Below are positions 37,501 to 52,500 of a DNA stretch of 64,000 nucleotides, in pieces. Under the pieces are notes generated by a model. That model saw nothing but the letters and a program-made list of their open reading frames with translations, ran no database searches and was not told the DNA's origin. Position numbers and translations under genes: made by a program. This stretch comes from Tubiluchus corallicola (taxonomy: Eukaryota; Animalia; Priapulida): positions 975,171-1,039,170 of the forward strand of contig JAQGDQ010000030.1 of NCBI GenBank assembly GCA_030141605.1, given 5' to 3'. Each line of letters starts with the position of its first letter. Positions within the stretch are counted from its first letter, which is position 1.

Positions 37501-40500
37501 CCTATATTAGTAAAGAATATTCTGTATTCAATAATTCTGAATGTTATATTAACGTCAAAATCCACAAGACAGCGGCTATTTATAAAACTTGAACTCGATA
37601 CACGGTAAGAACACCAAACAAGTAAAATTAATAGTTTATAGACATATAAATAAAAATTAAATAACGAAGTAAGGAACAAAGGAAATAAAAAAATGACATA
37701 AGACTTCTAAGAACTAGGATCTATCCTAGGGAACATTGCCACTCTTGCCAATAAATTTGACAATTTGAAAATGATTTTCGCAAGTAACCAACGTGGTATG
37801 CACATGTTAGCATGCGCCTGAAAAAGCATTAGACTCGATTAAGGCATCCATTAAGATAAATGGAGAGATTTTTTACTAGCTGGCTCCACTCATAAAGTGA
37901 GAGGATAAGTGGATGCAGGCGCTACAGTTAATGAGTATTCGAATTATGAAGCGCTCAAAACATACATGAAACCAGCTATGAAGGCAAAGTAAAATTCTTT
38001 ATAAATGTTGTGAAGCTTTGAGGGCTAATGTCCTCAGTGATGATTGACAGGAATGCACAGGTTTGGTAATGTTGCAAAAACACAAGTTCTGTGCACAATA
38101 GTATATTCGCACAACTTAAGTGGAATTTGATCTGTGCACAATAGTATGTTTGTACTTCCTAACCTGCACTTCTCGTTGCTGCATGATTCCATTCTAGTTT
38201 ATCTTATTTCTTTACATGTTATTCTTTTGCGTGACCTGTATGCATACCTCAGGTAAAGCATCCATCGGGATCTTACAGCTCAGTGGAATGCCGACTTTGA
38301 CATACCTAATAGGTGGCATGTTATCCATAGAATCACTCATTAGTCTTCATTTTTTATTCGTCTATTGTATGTTATGTTTTGAGTTTGCGCTTACCATTTT
38401 GTTCCGTTTTGTACACGTATACACACACTTCAATCAGGTGGTACCGTGGCACAGAAGAATGGACGGAAATTTAGACTACAATAATATTAGGAGCAAGCGC
38501 CCTGCAAAGTAGAAATTTCATGATCTGGTATTATTGCAGTGCACTGGTTTTAAGCTGTGAATATCATCAAGTTTGTAGCCTCTTAGTAATTCTTATGTTG
38601 TGGTTGAACAACTTTTCTATGTTGAAAAATTAAATGCTGGGACAATCAACAATCGAAAAACCGTCAGACGTATAATTATCAATACATACCAGCAAAATAA
38701 TAAAGAAGTCAACTAGCTTACATCACGGTTTAATCACAGAAGATAAAGCACTTAGAAAGATTTGCTGTCAAGAAAAAATATGACATAATCCACTGGACTA
38801 CGGCATACGCAGTTCCATTCTAGAGAAGACAGCGGCGCAGAGCTGTTTGACACAGAGGAACTAACGACAAAAGTTGTTGAGTGGTAGGACCAAATACTTA
38901 GGGAACTGAAAAAACTGTATCAGCTGTTGGAAGAAGTGCCATTGTCTAGTTTTGCAGTGAAAATGGCAGACACATTAGAGCAGTTTGTGTAATAGCGAAT
39001 TGCGATTTTTTTGCCAGCATTTATGTTTTGACTTACTGGTTTAAACTTCTGCATTTTTGGAAAAAAATATAACGAAATGACCTAAGTATTTTGGAGTTTA
39101 TACATAAGCATATGCAACAACATCTAATGCATATGCGTGGTAAATTTGGTAGATTTCAAGTGATTCAATTATTTTTTCTTATAATATTTTAATAAAAACT
39201 TCGGCATATTTTTTGCACCACATGATATACGAATTCGTGAACTTTCTGGGGCATTTTGCAATAACTTCAATTGTGAGTATGCGTACGTCCTGGGTCTTCA
39301 GGAGCAATAAAAATTATTTCTACAATTTCTGCTGCATACTCTTCATGTGCACAAGTACGTTTGTTGTCTTTTTTATCTTTCGTTTCTTGTATTACGCTCC
39401 GAAAGACTTCGATCTTATAAGTTTATCTGCCATAATTATATAAATGCTAACGCAAGAAAATTCTTTTATTTAATGAATGCGTCAGTAAAGCCTGCATACT
39501 CTTAGGAAGCCAGATAAAGCAAAAGTGTTTTGCTGAGGGAAGGCAGCTTCCCGTTAGCGTCGATGAATCGCATATTTTGACCAAACATAACGCAAGCAGT
39601 TCCTTTCATTAAATTAAAAGTAGTGTTTTGCACTTTAGTAATAGTACATACACTAAATGCTTATGTTACATTACTTATGCTAAAGCTAAACTAAAAATTA
39701 AAGAATCGCTTACAGAATTTGGCGTTCTAGGCAAATGCATGGCTAGTTTACCTAGTTGTAGAGTCGGCCTTGTACATGGGAACTTTTGCTTTAAACGGGG
39801 TTCATTTTTTTTACCCACAGCTGAAGTTTAACACACAGCGGGAACCACATCTTACTTGTATCAAAGACATTCTGCAACACGTCCGCACGCATCTGTTCCC
39901 TTATTTTGATTCCAGCCCTGAGTTGACTTTTTACACAACTTATTTTTAACCCTCAAAGACCAGAGAATGATCGAAAATCACTATCACTGTCGCAGATGTT
40001 TAGCCATAAATTTCTTTTTTACGCTGGACTTAATAAAATTGGTTTCAATCAGTACTTTTATTAACTGCTTACACAAATCTGCGAAGCAAGGTAAATTTTG
40101 AAGCAATTGTTCATAAGAAGGATCACAAATGATGCTTTTTTTACAATCAAAGGGTTTGGAAACCTTCACAGAGAACACAAGTTTGAGAAAAATCAACGTC
40201 TCCCAAAAGTTTTCCCCGCAACATAAACAAAAATATGCACCTTGTCTCAAAGTAAAGCAAATGGCTGTTTTGATTTGAATGTAGCTTATTTTGTTCGGCT
40301 ATGCCAGCATAACATGTAGCAAGCCACATTCGTAAGATTTAACGAAAACTACAAGACCCGGCTAGCTACGAAATCCAGACGTTGCCTACTGGTGCTGCCT
40401 GATTGGGCTAATATCGCGGAGTTCCGACATGCAGGCGTAAGAAAAATATTTTTCTTTCAAGTTTTAACCGGTCACAGAAATTTTACTCACCACACGACAT

Positions 40501-43500
40501 AAAACACGAAGCAAAATAAGTTAAAGTGAAATAACTGTTGCCCAGAGAAGCTTAAGTAATCTCGTTCTCATTGGGTATTAAATCCGTAGAATCTAAGTAA
40601 CCAAACTTACAACCTAGGCTTATTATGCATACATGCTGCAAACGGTACTGCAAAAATCAAACTGAAAATTTAGATTAAACAAACGTATTTACTGATACAC
40701 CTAATTTAAATGTTACTAAAAATTTATTGAAGTAAACGATGTGACATTAGAACAGATTTCTACAGAAGAGCAGCACTGGAGATAAAAGCACCATTCTACT
40801 AATATTTATGTAAACTTGATTACTACATTACTGATTGTGTAGCAGATATTAAGGGTAAGCAATGTCATCTGAATGAGCACTTAATCAACTTTAGCAGATT
40901 TCCATTGGAAGACAACTCTAGGGACAAAAGAGATGAATATATACTTATTTAAAAGTATGTTTAAAGGTTTTTGCTACACTTACAAGTTCTCATAGGTGTA
41001 TAACACACTGTAGGAGAACTTTAGGGCCAAAAAAGATGAATACATACTTACTTAAAAGTATGTTTAAAGGTTTTTCTTACAAGTACAAGTTCTTATAGAT
41101 ACATAAAGACTTTGTTCTGAGAGCCTGAATGGACTAAAAACGAAGAATTCAAGGTTGTCTGAATGAGCTGTGTCCAGACTGGAGACTGAGGGGGCTTTGT
41201 GAAGTCTTAAGACACTTCACGAATGTTGCTGCAGCACGGCAGTTGTTTTCTTTAGAGGAAAAGATTGTTTTCTTAGCAGCAATCCTATGTTTTGCTTTCG
41301 TCCCATCACATTGTTTACCGCGGTCTTAATTAGTTATGTAAACAAACAAGTGGGAAAGCCAGCAGAAAGCTGCCAGAGCCAGCAACTAAGCTCCCAGGAT
41401 GCCTGACTTTGAAAAATCCATTGCTTTATCAATTTTGGCTACCTTATAGGATAACCCAAATTCACTTTCACTTCGCATATCTATTGTAACGAGTACAAAA
41501 CGGTTAATTACAGGCTTTCCATGTTAATCAATGCAAGCAACTATGTAGGCCGACATATCCACATCAGTTAATTTCTATTAAACTATCAGCTAATCCTGTA
41601 AAGCTAACAGCTTTGCATTTGAAGACATTCGAGAATATTTTCTTGCAAGTTAGCTAGAAAGTCAAGTCAACACATCATGGTACTAACTTCAACCAAAAAA
41701 CGTTTTGCCAGTCTCCAGTCCTACATTAGTGAAGAGTATTCCATACCCAACAATCTTGAATGTTGTGTTTAGAATCTTTAATTTGCAAGCGAATTAAGTT
41801 CATACAACCCGAAAAAAGTTCAAAAGTATTACTCCCTAAGAAGCTTAACCAGGTTTGAAAGCTGACACCACAAAACTGTGGTGTCATCCATCTTAATTCA
41901 GCGCAATCCTTAAAAAACAAGTTGCAGAATTACTTTGAACCTAGGATATAACTCACCATCTGTAAGTTTCATTAAATTTCTACATATAACAAAAGACTAA
42001 AGAAAAGAACTCTTTTGTCTGTATATCTTTAATCTATTTGCCTACAGCTTAGAAAGATCCACACTGCATTAGAGATCTTGCAGAAAAGTAGAGAAAATCA
42101 TTTAAAGATGGTGCTCTGGCTACCTCCTTTCGCCAAAAAATGTTACCTGTTCTTGTGTCGCATGTGTTTGTGTCTTTCAGATGTAGTCTATTGTACCAAT
42201 ATAGTTTGCTATTGCAATTTTGTAAGTTAAAATTTTCTCCACAGTCTTTTTTGTCTTGTTTCAATAATTTTCTGAAAGTCTAATTACATGCCTTAGCTAC
42301 TGACTAGTCGCTCTCCAGGCTTTGATATGCCCATGTTTTTGACAGTTTTGATTCATGTTGTTGTCCATGATTTTTGTTGGTTTATTGGTACAAATATTTA
42401 TTAGACATGTTGTTTGGGCAGTTGATGCCAAACACATCAGATTTCTAGACCATCGATGCTGAAACAGAGATTACTAAATATACACAGAGAAGCACTGTGT
42501 TTTTTCACTGTATTTAGTAGTCTCTGGCAGGAACATGCTTACTGCTACTTCTTACTGTTATGTAAGACGGTCCCTTACCCACAGGTCAGGTTTGAATACA
42601 AGTTAATATTTTTAATTTTACTTTCAGGGAGATCATTTTGTTGTTGAATGCCTATGCAAAGTTAACTTGAATAGTATGAATACACGCTATTTTATCATGA
42701 CGATGAGGGTCCGTATCAGATTTGTTTATCAGAAAGAATATGAATGCAGCTGCGACACTTACTAATCAAAGATTAACAGACTTGAAATATGACAATAACA
42801 ATAAACAGAAATAAGATGATAAAATTTTTACTAAGAGATATATGCAAACATTAATAAAAGTGAACAATATCCTCCAGCTAGAAATAAAATTAAAGAATAT
42901 CTGAAAACCGATGGCAATTCAGTACCTAAAATTTAGCCAGATGCTTATTATCTGTACAGAGTTTAATACCAACGTTTGCTGATTACATAAACACTTTCAG
43001 TGATGGTAACTGGAGATGCATGTACCAGTTTTTTGATCACTGACCTATCAATGGTGCAGTAAAACATGAGTTGTGTCACAGACACAGACACCTATGACAA
43101 TAAGACTATTGCAATTTTGCTTGAAGAATTAGGTTGCATGGTTTTCCGTTTTGCTGCCAGTCTACCAACATTTCTGGTGCTTATGTGCTTGTAACATAAA
43201 TGCAGTGAAGTTGCCTAAAGAGTTAAACTGATCCCATTTCTGCTCTCCGAACTTGTTACCAATGAGTTATGGTTTTCGCGAAAAGCTCCTCCACACACAA
43301 AGTTAGCCCTTCTAACTCCACCTACTCGTATCGGATTCCACAGGCGCCGGGACGGATTAGATATCCCGCTCAACACAGTGGGAAGAAGCAAAAAAACATG
43401 AGTCCTGTCTACAGGGACTGGGATTCTTTGATCCATGACACACTTGTAAGCATATTTTGTATAGAGTTGTTCAAAATATTTTGAAATCCACTAGTCTTCT

Positions 43501-46500
43501 CTATTAGCTTTATCTCAGAGCAAAATTAAAAACAGAAATCTACAGAAATCATACCAGACAAGGATATTTTCAATTTTAAATATAGTAAGAAGCAGTAACA
43601 AAATTAGGATAAATTTTACAATTTTGCCAAAACAGCATCATTTTCCTTGCACTGTTCTTCAAATCCTCAGACCAAATCAATTATAAAGCAAGTAAGCACA
43701 ATACAGAAAGGGAAACACCGTCTTACACTCATTCTTCCCATTCAAGTGAAAAGATCTTGCTAAGGTTAAGTTTGCATTTTTCTGCGTTTCTTGAGGTGGA
43801 CAAACGACTGAATTTACAATGTTTATTTGGGTTAAGAGGAAGACTGTCTGACAAGTAAACTGCTGTCACTTTACCTGTCGAAAGCACCTTCTGATTTAAA
43901 TAGCACCTAATAAGCAAAGGTTTCCACCTGAAACACTGGAAATGTTCTAGACTTTCGATAACATGAACACCTATGGCACTTTGCATACCTATACCTATAT
44001 ACCTATGCACTCCCACTTTCCTGGTATCACTTACAAACATTTTTTGGCAAATTGATACCAATGCAAGAAAAAGAAAACAACTTTTGTAGGAAAACCAACA
44101 AAACAATTTATTTTGCAGCAGCAGACCAGCAGTAGAAAAACCACGATCAAGGTGACTCTAGAGAAACACGAAACCTGTTAAAGCCTCGGGCAGATTCGAG
44201 ATAAATGACCTCAGGACAACCTTTAAATCAGAAACCAAATCTCTGTAATCTTCAAGGAAACACCTTCAATAAAAATCTAAAACACTGTCTTACAAGTGCA
44301 GCTAGAATTTTAACATCTTCACAGATACAGATTACCTCATAACCTAATTTCTAGAAGACTCCTCGGGCAAGACGCTGAACAAATTTTCATAAGCATCCGA
44401 TGGGATTATTAACATGGCTTAGCAGTAAGTTGGGTTTTCAGTTAAAAATAAGGGCAATGTAAGAAGTTGCAGATGTAAATTATTGCAAAGTGGTGCCACA
44501 GTCTGCATGAAAATCCACAAAGGATTATTCAGACAAAAATAGAATTTTATGCAGCCATTTGTAAGCTTCAATGAAAGTGAAGTGAAATTTTCATGGAACT
44601 TCCAAAGCTGGCTTCATATGAAATAAATATGGGCAGAAATACTAAACTATACATGTATAAAAAAATTAATGACAAAATTTAAACAGCTTCTGAAAGTTCA
44701 TTAATAATTTCAGTAAGTTGCAAACCAAATGATATAAAAAGTGTTAGAAATAATACTTTATGCATAATACAATGACATCTTCTCAAAAGAAAGAAAAAAC
44801 ATTGTAAATTGTGCAATCTTGCTGTGAATAGACCCCACTCATGTAAAACTGGTGCTAAGTCGCCATGGTACAGTCACGGCACTAGGCCTTCCAGTGGGCT
44901 TATATCTTTTTGCAAACCACAACAATACATAATAGACTTGTCAGTGCAACAAGAATTCCCTCTCATAGCAAACTGCTATTAGTAAACACTTCAACATCTT
45001 TTCTGCAAAACCAGGGAAACCAAAGGGCACTAAAAATATCTACTATAAGGTTTATGCATTAGCTTTCATTTTAAAAACTGGTCGTTAACCCTAGATCACA
45101 CTGCAACATCAGGGCAGGAAAAATCTCAACTTATAGAAATCTTCAAAGTTCCTTTGTTTTCAAAGCTGGTTTATTGCCAAAAGAAGATTTAAGATTTTAA
45201 AATGCAAAACAGGTGGCACTTAGGCAGGAGGCACCACTTGTCACATGTGTATTAACAGCAGTAAAACAATGGCAGACACAAACAACACAACTGTTGATAA
45301 TTAGTCTCAAACAAACATGCTCAATATGCCAGCAATAAACTACATCTCGCAACACTTTGCCCTCCCATCGGGACCATCCTACTCCATTTTCATAACTTTT
45401 CAATTTACCACCCGCTCAGCTTTGCGATGTTTATTACTACGAGTTCGCCATGAATCAATCGTGAATGAGAAACGTTCATTTCCAGATGCTGCTCTTCATC
45501 CTCGCCATGTTTTGGCTATGCAGAGAGGTTTGTTTGCCGTCAATAGACTTGCTGCACTTTGCAACATGCTGAGTTCATTAAGTTCTGCACTAAATGCTAC
45601 AATTTTTGGCACTACTAGGACACCGTGAATTTTTTGCCTAGGTTCAGCATTAATAAGCAGCCGAGATTTGTAATTGGAGTATTAAGCAAAACCAAAGCAA
45701 AAAATTGCAGCAGATCAGAAATGTAGTTCATAGATTCAAAGATGCATTTTTAGGTCTAAGGATTCCTGCAGATAAACAGGCTTCAATTCCTGCAGATAGA
45801 CAGGCTTCAAGTAAAATAACTAGAAAAGATTGAAGTGAATACCCTTTCCTAGTTATCCTCAAAATGTAGAATCTCCAGAATTTTTTCAGAACTTATTTTC
45901 ATATGGTACAGATTAAACAACTTTTTCTTTAATCTATAGGTTGGTCAACTCCTTTCAAAAATTTCTTGGTGACATGCTCTGCAAAACACAAACTATGTCA
46001 CCTCTCAGTCAGCCTGCCATCTTGTCCTTGCTTTGGGTCATAGTTAAAACTTTAAATCCACAAACACTAGTAAACAGCCACGAAGGTACAAAGATGGCAA
46101 TGTACCCGGAACCATAGAAACTTAATCAGTTCCACAAAATATTTGTCACATTGGTAACCTGACTCTATAAAGAAACAGTTATTCAGCAAATGCGTCACAG
46201 TGTCATTAAAAATTTATCACTCACTCAGACAGAAAAAGTGAAAATGCACTTACCTTTCCGTATCGTTGAGCGTGGGTTCCGGTGAGTAAAGAGTGAAAGA
46301 TGATGATGGTTTCATCGAGGTCCCATATAAATACCCTCTCAAGATCATTCTCTGGTCCAGGTGATGGATTGTTCTGCCGCCGACCCCGGCCTCCTCGACT
46401 TCGAGCTAGGAAAACAGTAATCTTGATTAGCCTATTTGCTAACATTATAGTTCTACTTGCAATTTGAAAAATTGTGATGAAGTGCAAGGACAAAACTGCA

Positions 46501-49500
46501 ACCTTGGTAATAGTTCTAAGGAAGATATTTAAGTTTAAGAAACAAAGAATTTTATTAGCATACCTCGGCCAGTTCCATTGGTTGACTCACACTTTAGTGG
46601 TGGTGATGGACTTTCTGTTATTGCAGAATTGAAACCTTAAAAAGACAGGTATATTTTTATACTATTAAATTTTCAACAATTGTAAAAAACAGCCTTTGCT
46701 TTCTGAATGAAGTATATATGTACATTTTTCTAACACTATACACTGAATTTAGTAATGTATGCTGTAAGACTAAAAAACTTTGTGATACTTTTCGCAGAAG
46801 TTTAACCCTTGCTTAATGCATATGCTAATGTTATTTCTTTTTTTAAATAGACTTATTGGACTTTACTTGGATATAGGCTTTTATAAGACCATGTACAAGG
46901 AAAGAAGAAAATTTACTCAATTCTAAATGACAATCTGCCAGAGCAAGACTTGTTGGGATAAAGAGCCAACATTGTAATCGTCCAAAAAATTATGCCACAA
47001 ATCACTAATCCAAGTATTAGTGAATATTATGTAATGAACTAAATTGGTGTACTCCAAAATAGAAATTTTAAGCTTATTTAATTTGTTTCCACATTTCTCT
47101 GCAATGTTTACACAAACCGCCTATTTCTCGTCGCCCTATCAAGAGACGCATCTCAACCCGCACTTTTTCTCCTCCTTCAGTGGTTATTTTGCTTCTACCC
47201 GGCGCCTCTTTCTGCTGATTATACAAGGGGTTCTGATCAGGGAAGAGCGACGTTGCAAAGGCGCTCTGTTTATTTGTGACTAGGATCGGAACCACTTGCC
47301 GTAATTTCAGCGCCAGAGACCCAGACCTAGCTTCATGCAGCTAATACTGACAAATTCCAAACGTCTGGACCTTGTTTGAGTCAGTTAAACCAGTCATGTA
47401 AGACATTAGTGAGAAACTGGACAAGACCGAATGATTGATGGTCATACATAAAAATTGTTAGACCAGCTCTGCACGCCCAGAAATTGTCGTCAAAAAACTT
47501 TGTTCTTATTCATGAAAAAGGGTTTTCCAGAAAAGGCGGCTGCTGTATGTGTAAGCAAATATCATTGAATATAATGCCATACACATGTAATCAACAATAC
47601 TAAGGTTAATATAGAAAACACTATAAAATGAGTTAGTGGTTGAACTTCCACTTTTATTCGAACTTTTGGCATGTAATCCAATAGACAATAGGAGAAATCT
47701 TTCCCTTAATGCTTACGTTTGGTTTACAGAGACAACGTGCATTACTTTAGCAGGACAGCACAAAGTAGTTTTTTCAATTTAGTCTCGAAAGCCTTTTTTC
47801 CACCTGTTGACCTTTAAACTTGTAAATGTAAGTCATAAGTTGTTACATACCTTACATATAAAAAATCAAACAATTTACATATTTTTAACACAAGCACGTT
47901 TTTGTGCTAACTTAGACATATTTTGTTGTTTATTTGCTGCTTGTTTTTTTGTTCCTACCCCACTTTCAGAGATCAGAAACATGTTCCGCTAAACCTAAAA
48001 CATGCTGGGCACGAAAGCTGTATCTAGCCTAACACATTTCCACTTATCGGCAGCTGCCTAATGATGTATTTATGTTTATTTCTATTTGGCATTCATCCGT
48101 TTACTGAACAGACCGAGGCATCTTAAGAACCCATATGGCAAAGTCTGCATAATTGCAGAAAAGATAGATGAGCACACTACAAATAATAACTATCTTACAT
48201 ATGTACACAATTTTATATATGAAATTATTAATGCAATCAGTGAAAACCAACAATGACGATACTTAAAAATTGGTTAGAAGGTCAAATTTTTGATGTGTTG
48301 TGTAAAATAACACCATAAGCACCATCAGTTTACTTTAATGTTGATAATTAGTTAAAAGTAGATGATATGACACAAAACAAAAAACATGACATCCAGGGCT
48401 GAATTATCCTATAGGCTAGTATAGGCTGCAGCCTAGAGCCTCTCAAGCTGGGCAGCCCTCAAGCTTTGGTAAGATTTGGTAAAAAAATCTATTTTTTCAC
48501 TATGGGTTTTTGGTATTTCTTAAAGAATATTTTTACTGACAAACAAAAGATGAGTATTCAAAGCTTATTTAAAGAATTTGAAAATAAGTTTACTTCAATC
48601 TACATAAATGTCACTAAAATATATCACAAGGAAAAAAATTCAAAATGGGTCCGACCGAGTTAGTGGGTAGCTCCGCTTGAGATTACTAGTAATTTCATTA
48701 GCCTAGGGGCTAATTTCATTAGCCCAAAAGATCATAATCTGGCAGTCATGGCACAATATTGACATAAGCAATCTTGTTGTTTCGGCCGCATCAATGTTTC
48801 CCCAGAATCGGTGTGGGATTAGGTGTGTTGATGTTGCACTAAATACTTCATTCTGTATCAGTTCTTTTCATTTTTTTCATGTTGAAAAATAGGAGATTTA
48901 AAAAGGTATACCTTAAATGCAAAGACATCTGCAGATATGCAAAATTATTACCGAAAAATGTACTATACCTGCTGTACAAGTGTCTGCGGGTACCGGTTGT
49001 AATTGATATGTGGTTGTTGTAGAAGGCACGGTGGTTGCCGTGGGCACACCTAATGGGGAGCCAGCATTCGTGGTGGCCATGTATGGGTAGTTTTGTGAAG
49101 CGTAGTGGTATGGATATGCCGTGGACTGTCCGTACGCGGCCCCATATGCAGCACCGGTGTAGTCCAGACCCTGTAAGAGGCTTGCAGCATGAGCTTGTGA
49201 TGCTCGTTCATCCTAAAAAACAATAAATGTCCTTATCTTCAGTGGAAAAAAATTAACAGCCTAAAATCAATATCTAATAGTCATTAAAGAATGCTAGCCA
49301 AAAGTCATTTCTATGCAGTAACTTGGAGAAAACTGCTGCAAAACAGAAATGTTTTTCTTGCTCACAGTTAGTTTTTCTTAGTTACCAATCTTTTTGGAGA
49401 TGAAATGGTAAAAAATGTTTCATTGACTCATTAGCTGCAAAGTCTTGTTAAACAAGTGCAAAGTTTTATTTTGGTCATAGTTCAAATTTTTGAAAAATTT

Positions 49501-52500
49501 TCTGTTAGGTAACATCATTTCATATGCTGCATAGAAAAATCTATTTATGAGGCCTATTAGCCAAGTAATGAGCATTATCTTGCAACTCTTAATGAGTTTT
49601 ATATATGGCATAAAATAAGCACCAGCTCTGTACTTGTGTAATATGAGATAGGAGGAATGCACAGAATTAGAAAAAACAATGTTTTATGACTTATGTAGCA
49701 CTGACGCATGGCAGTGTTTAGAATTTAATTACATACATCATCATTCACCAAAAAATGTGCTTAAAGCTAGAGGCTTCCCAAAACTGCAATGTAATTCCTT
49801 GACTGACAATGCACTTTGGTACATGACTAGCAGTGACAATGACATAAAAAATAATGACATAACACTAAAACTTACCAGTTGCGATGAATTGAGTCCCTGA
49901 GCCGATCCTGTTGAGTTGTTAAACGCATAGCCGCTACCTAGATTTACAATAAACAAGACATTGGGTTACAGGTCTGTACATTAAAGTTTGATGTTTTGTC
50001 TTTAGTTGAAATGACTCTATTTAACTTGTTTTATTGTGTTATAACTAATGTAGTATCTGTTTTATTGCGCTACACATGTATGTATTTATACTTTGTAAAC
50101 AGTGTATGTATTGTGTGAATGATAATTACCCAATAAATATCAACTGGTAGACGAATAGAATTTACAGTAAAGTACATTTTCCGATAAACTGTTTTTTTTT
50201 AAAACTGCAAAATGAAATCCACTATAGTGATTCAGCAGCAGGCCTTATGATTCATGTTGAATGATTGGTGTAGGATTCATATCAGACAATGAGACAATCA
50301 ACTGGCAACAAAACTAGGCAGAACCCACCCTAGTGCAACCACCATGGCTATGCAATATCGGTACCTAGTGAACTTTATGTGCAATTTGCCCAACTTCAAT
50401 GAATTTTTCCTGTTGTCATGATGGTTATCATTACAACAGCATTGTAGTAGTCTATCTCAAGAAAAATAACCATTGTTCACTAGGTAATTTTATGGTTAAA
50501 TACCACTAAAGGTATTACAGAAAACCAAACTGAAAGGGAGTAGAGTAAGCTTATACACATACCGTAGGAATATGGACTTCCACTAGCAGGACTTGGACTA
50601 GGTGTGCCAAATGTAGCACCGTAAGGACTGTACAGGTTTGCAGCTGCAGCTGTCTGCCCAGATGATACTGATTTGTTATTTAATGCAGAGCCTATAGAGT
50701 GTAAAACTGGATCTGAAAAAATAAAAAAAAAACAGTTAAATTTTTTTTAAAATCAAACCTTAATCTATAAATTCTGTGGTGTGCATACTGAGTTTTCCAT
50801 CTTAAGCTAATTTGAACAACAAACATGTTTCACACATCATAATTAAGCTGATTCCATTTTTGTCTTATTTAACACAGCTTGGGGGGATGGCATTAGTACA
50901 CATCAATGCAATAACTATACACTTACTTTGAAGTTGTTTGAAGATTTGTGCAGTGAGTCCAACTGTATTAGCAGGTAGATGAAGCCATGTTTAGAATGTG
51001 CAGTTCATAAGTTCAGGCTCACGGGGGACTCATGCATAATGAAGTCATGCAAAACTTATGTACTGCAATATTTTTATCACTTTAATGTGATTAGAAATTG
51101 GGACCAAGTTGTACAAGGAAGTGAAGGAACTGATAATAATGAACAATTAATGTGCTGCTAGTTGTAACTACAAAAACACATTACTACTATAAGATAAATC
51201 CTTGTACAGAATTTGAGACGCAAAGAACAATATTAAATTAAAGGCAAAAAACGTTATTTGAAACTTTTGAGACAAATTGTACCCTACAACTACTCTTTTA
51301 ATGTAATATCAAACGATTTCTTTTTAGTAGACATAATAGTGTTGCCTCTGTTGTGAAAGGTTACCTCATTAAGAGAAAGTCCCAACCAGATTTTCAATGT
51401 GTGCTGTCAATCTAAACATAATTTCTATCTTGCACCATTTTGAAAATGTTTAATATAGTTGAAAAAGCGAATTCTAACCTCTACGGTGTCATTTGTGCAT
51501 GCACTGACACCCAAAATCTAATCTTTCTAAGGAGAACCATACCGAGTTTACATGTACAATTTCAGCTTTTTAAGCTTCTGCATGCAAGCTGGAAACTGTT
51601 CAGAGTCAGACAGGTCAAACCAATTACTCTGTAGCTTCTTGAAGGAGACGAAAAACTGCAGTTTCTTCTCAACCCCTGGGTGTAGTGTATTGAGTGTGTT
51701 TCCTAATCAGCAAGACGTGCCTTAGGTCACAGCCCCAGGTCAAAGACTTTGTCACGGCGTGTATTTATGTTAAATATGCAAGTATTTTGACTCCATACAT
51801 AACAACAAACACAGTGCATATATTCAACACAGTCTAGGACACTGCTTAAGGGGCTCCAAGCCACAAATCTCACCCAGCAGCTGTTGGGCCATAACTCAAA
51901 AGAGTTAAACGCCTCCAGAGAATACACGTCAAGTGCAACAAGTCAGGCATCTTGCAAATATTTGCTGATCAACGAAATACCACACAGCCACGATTATTCA
52001 ACTTGGACACTAAATTATGAATTCTCAAGGCTTTTTTGCCCGAGATGTTTACTGGCAAGCCATGGCGCGTATTCAAAATAGTTATAAAACTTAATGGGTG
52101 CCAGCTGCGAGGAGACGTCAACGAATTGTCTTAGGGATTAATAACAGGTGAATGATTTAATGCAAGAACCAAGATGTACTTTACGGCTATTATGTGCATA
52201 TATCATATCAATAGTTCAGGTTCTAATTTTTGACATTCAGCAGAATTGAAACTGCTTTTCGTACTAGAGTGCGATAGCTGGCTTTGTTATTAAGCACTTA
52301 AGAAATTACTTTTTGCTTTATAATATACAAAGCCTAAATACTTCTAGTTTTACAGGAATTTCCTGAACTTCAGATATTAAATTAATTTCAGTTCTATGGT
52401 TAATTTAACTGTAGTTAAATCGTTTTTATGTGCTGAAATAATCTTTCAATTAAATTAAAAAATATAGAAAATTAGGAATGTATATTCCCCTTAATGATTA

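Noticed and set aside
43729-44106. Longest ORF in the track (125 aa)
   Set aside because: No recognisable motif or splice context; lies in a repeat-rich intron
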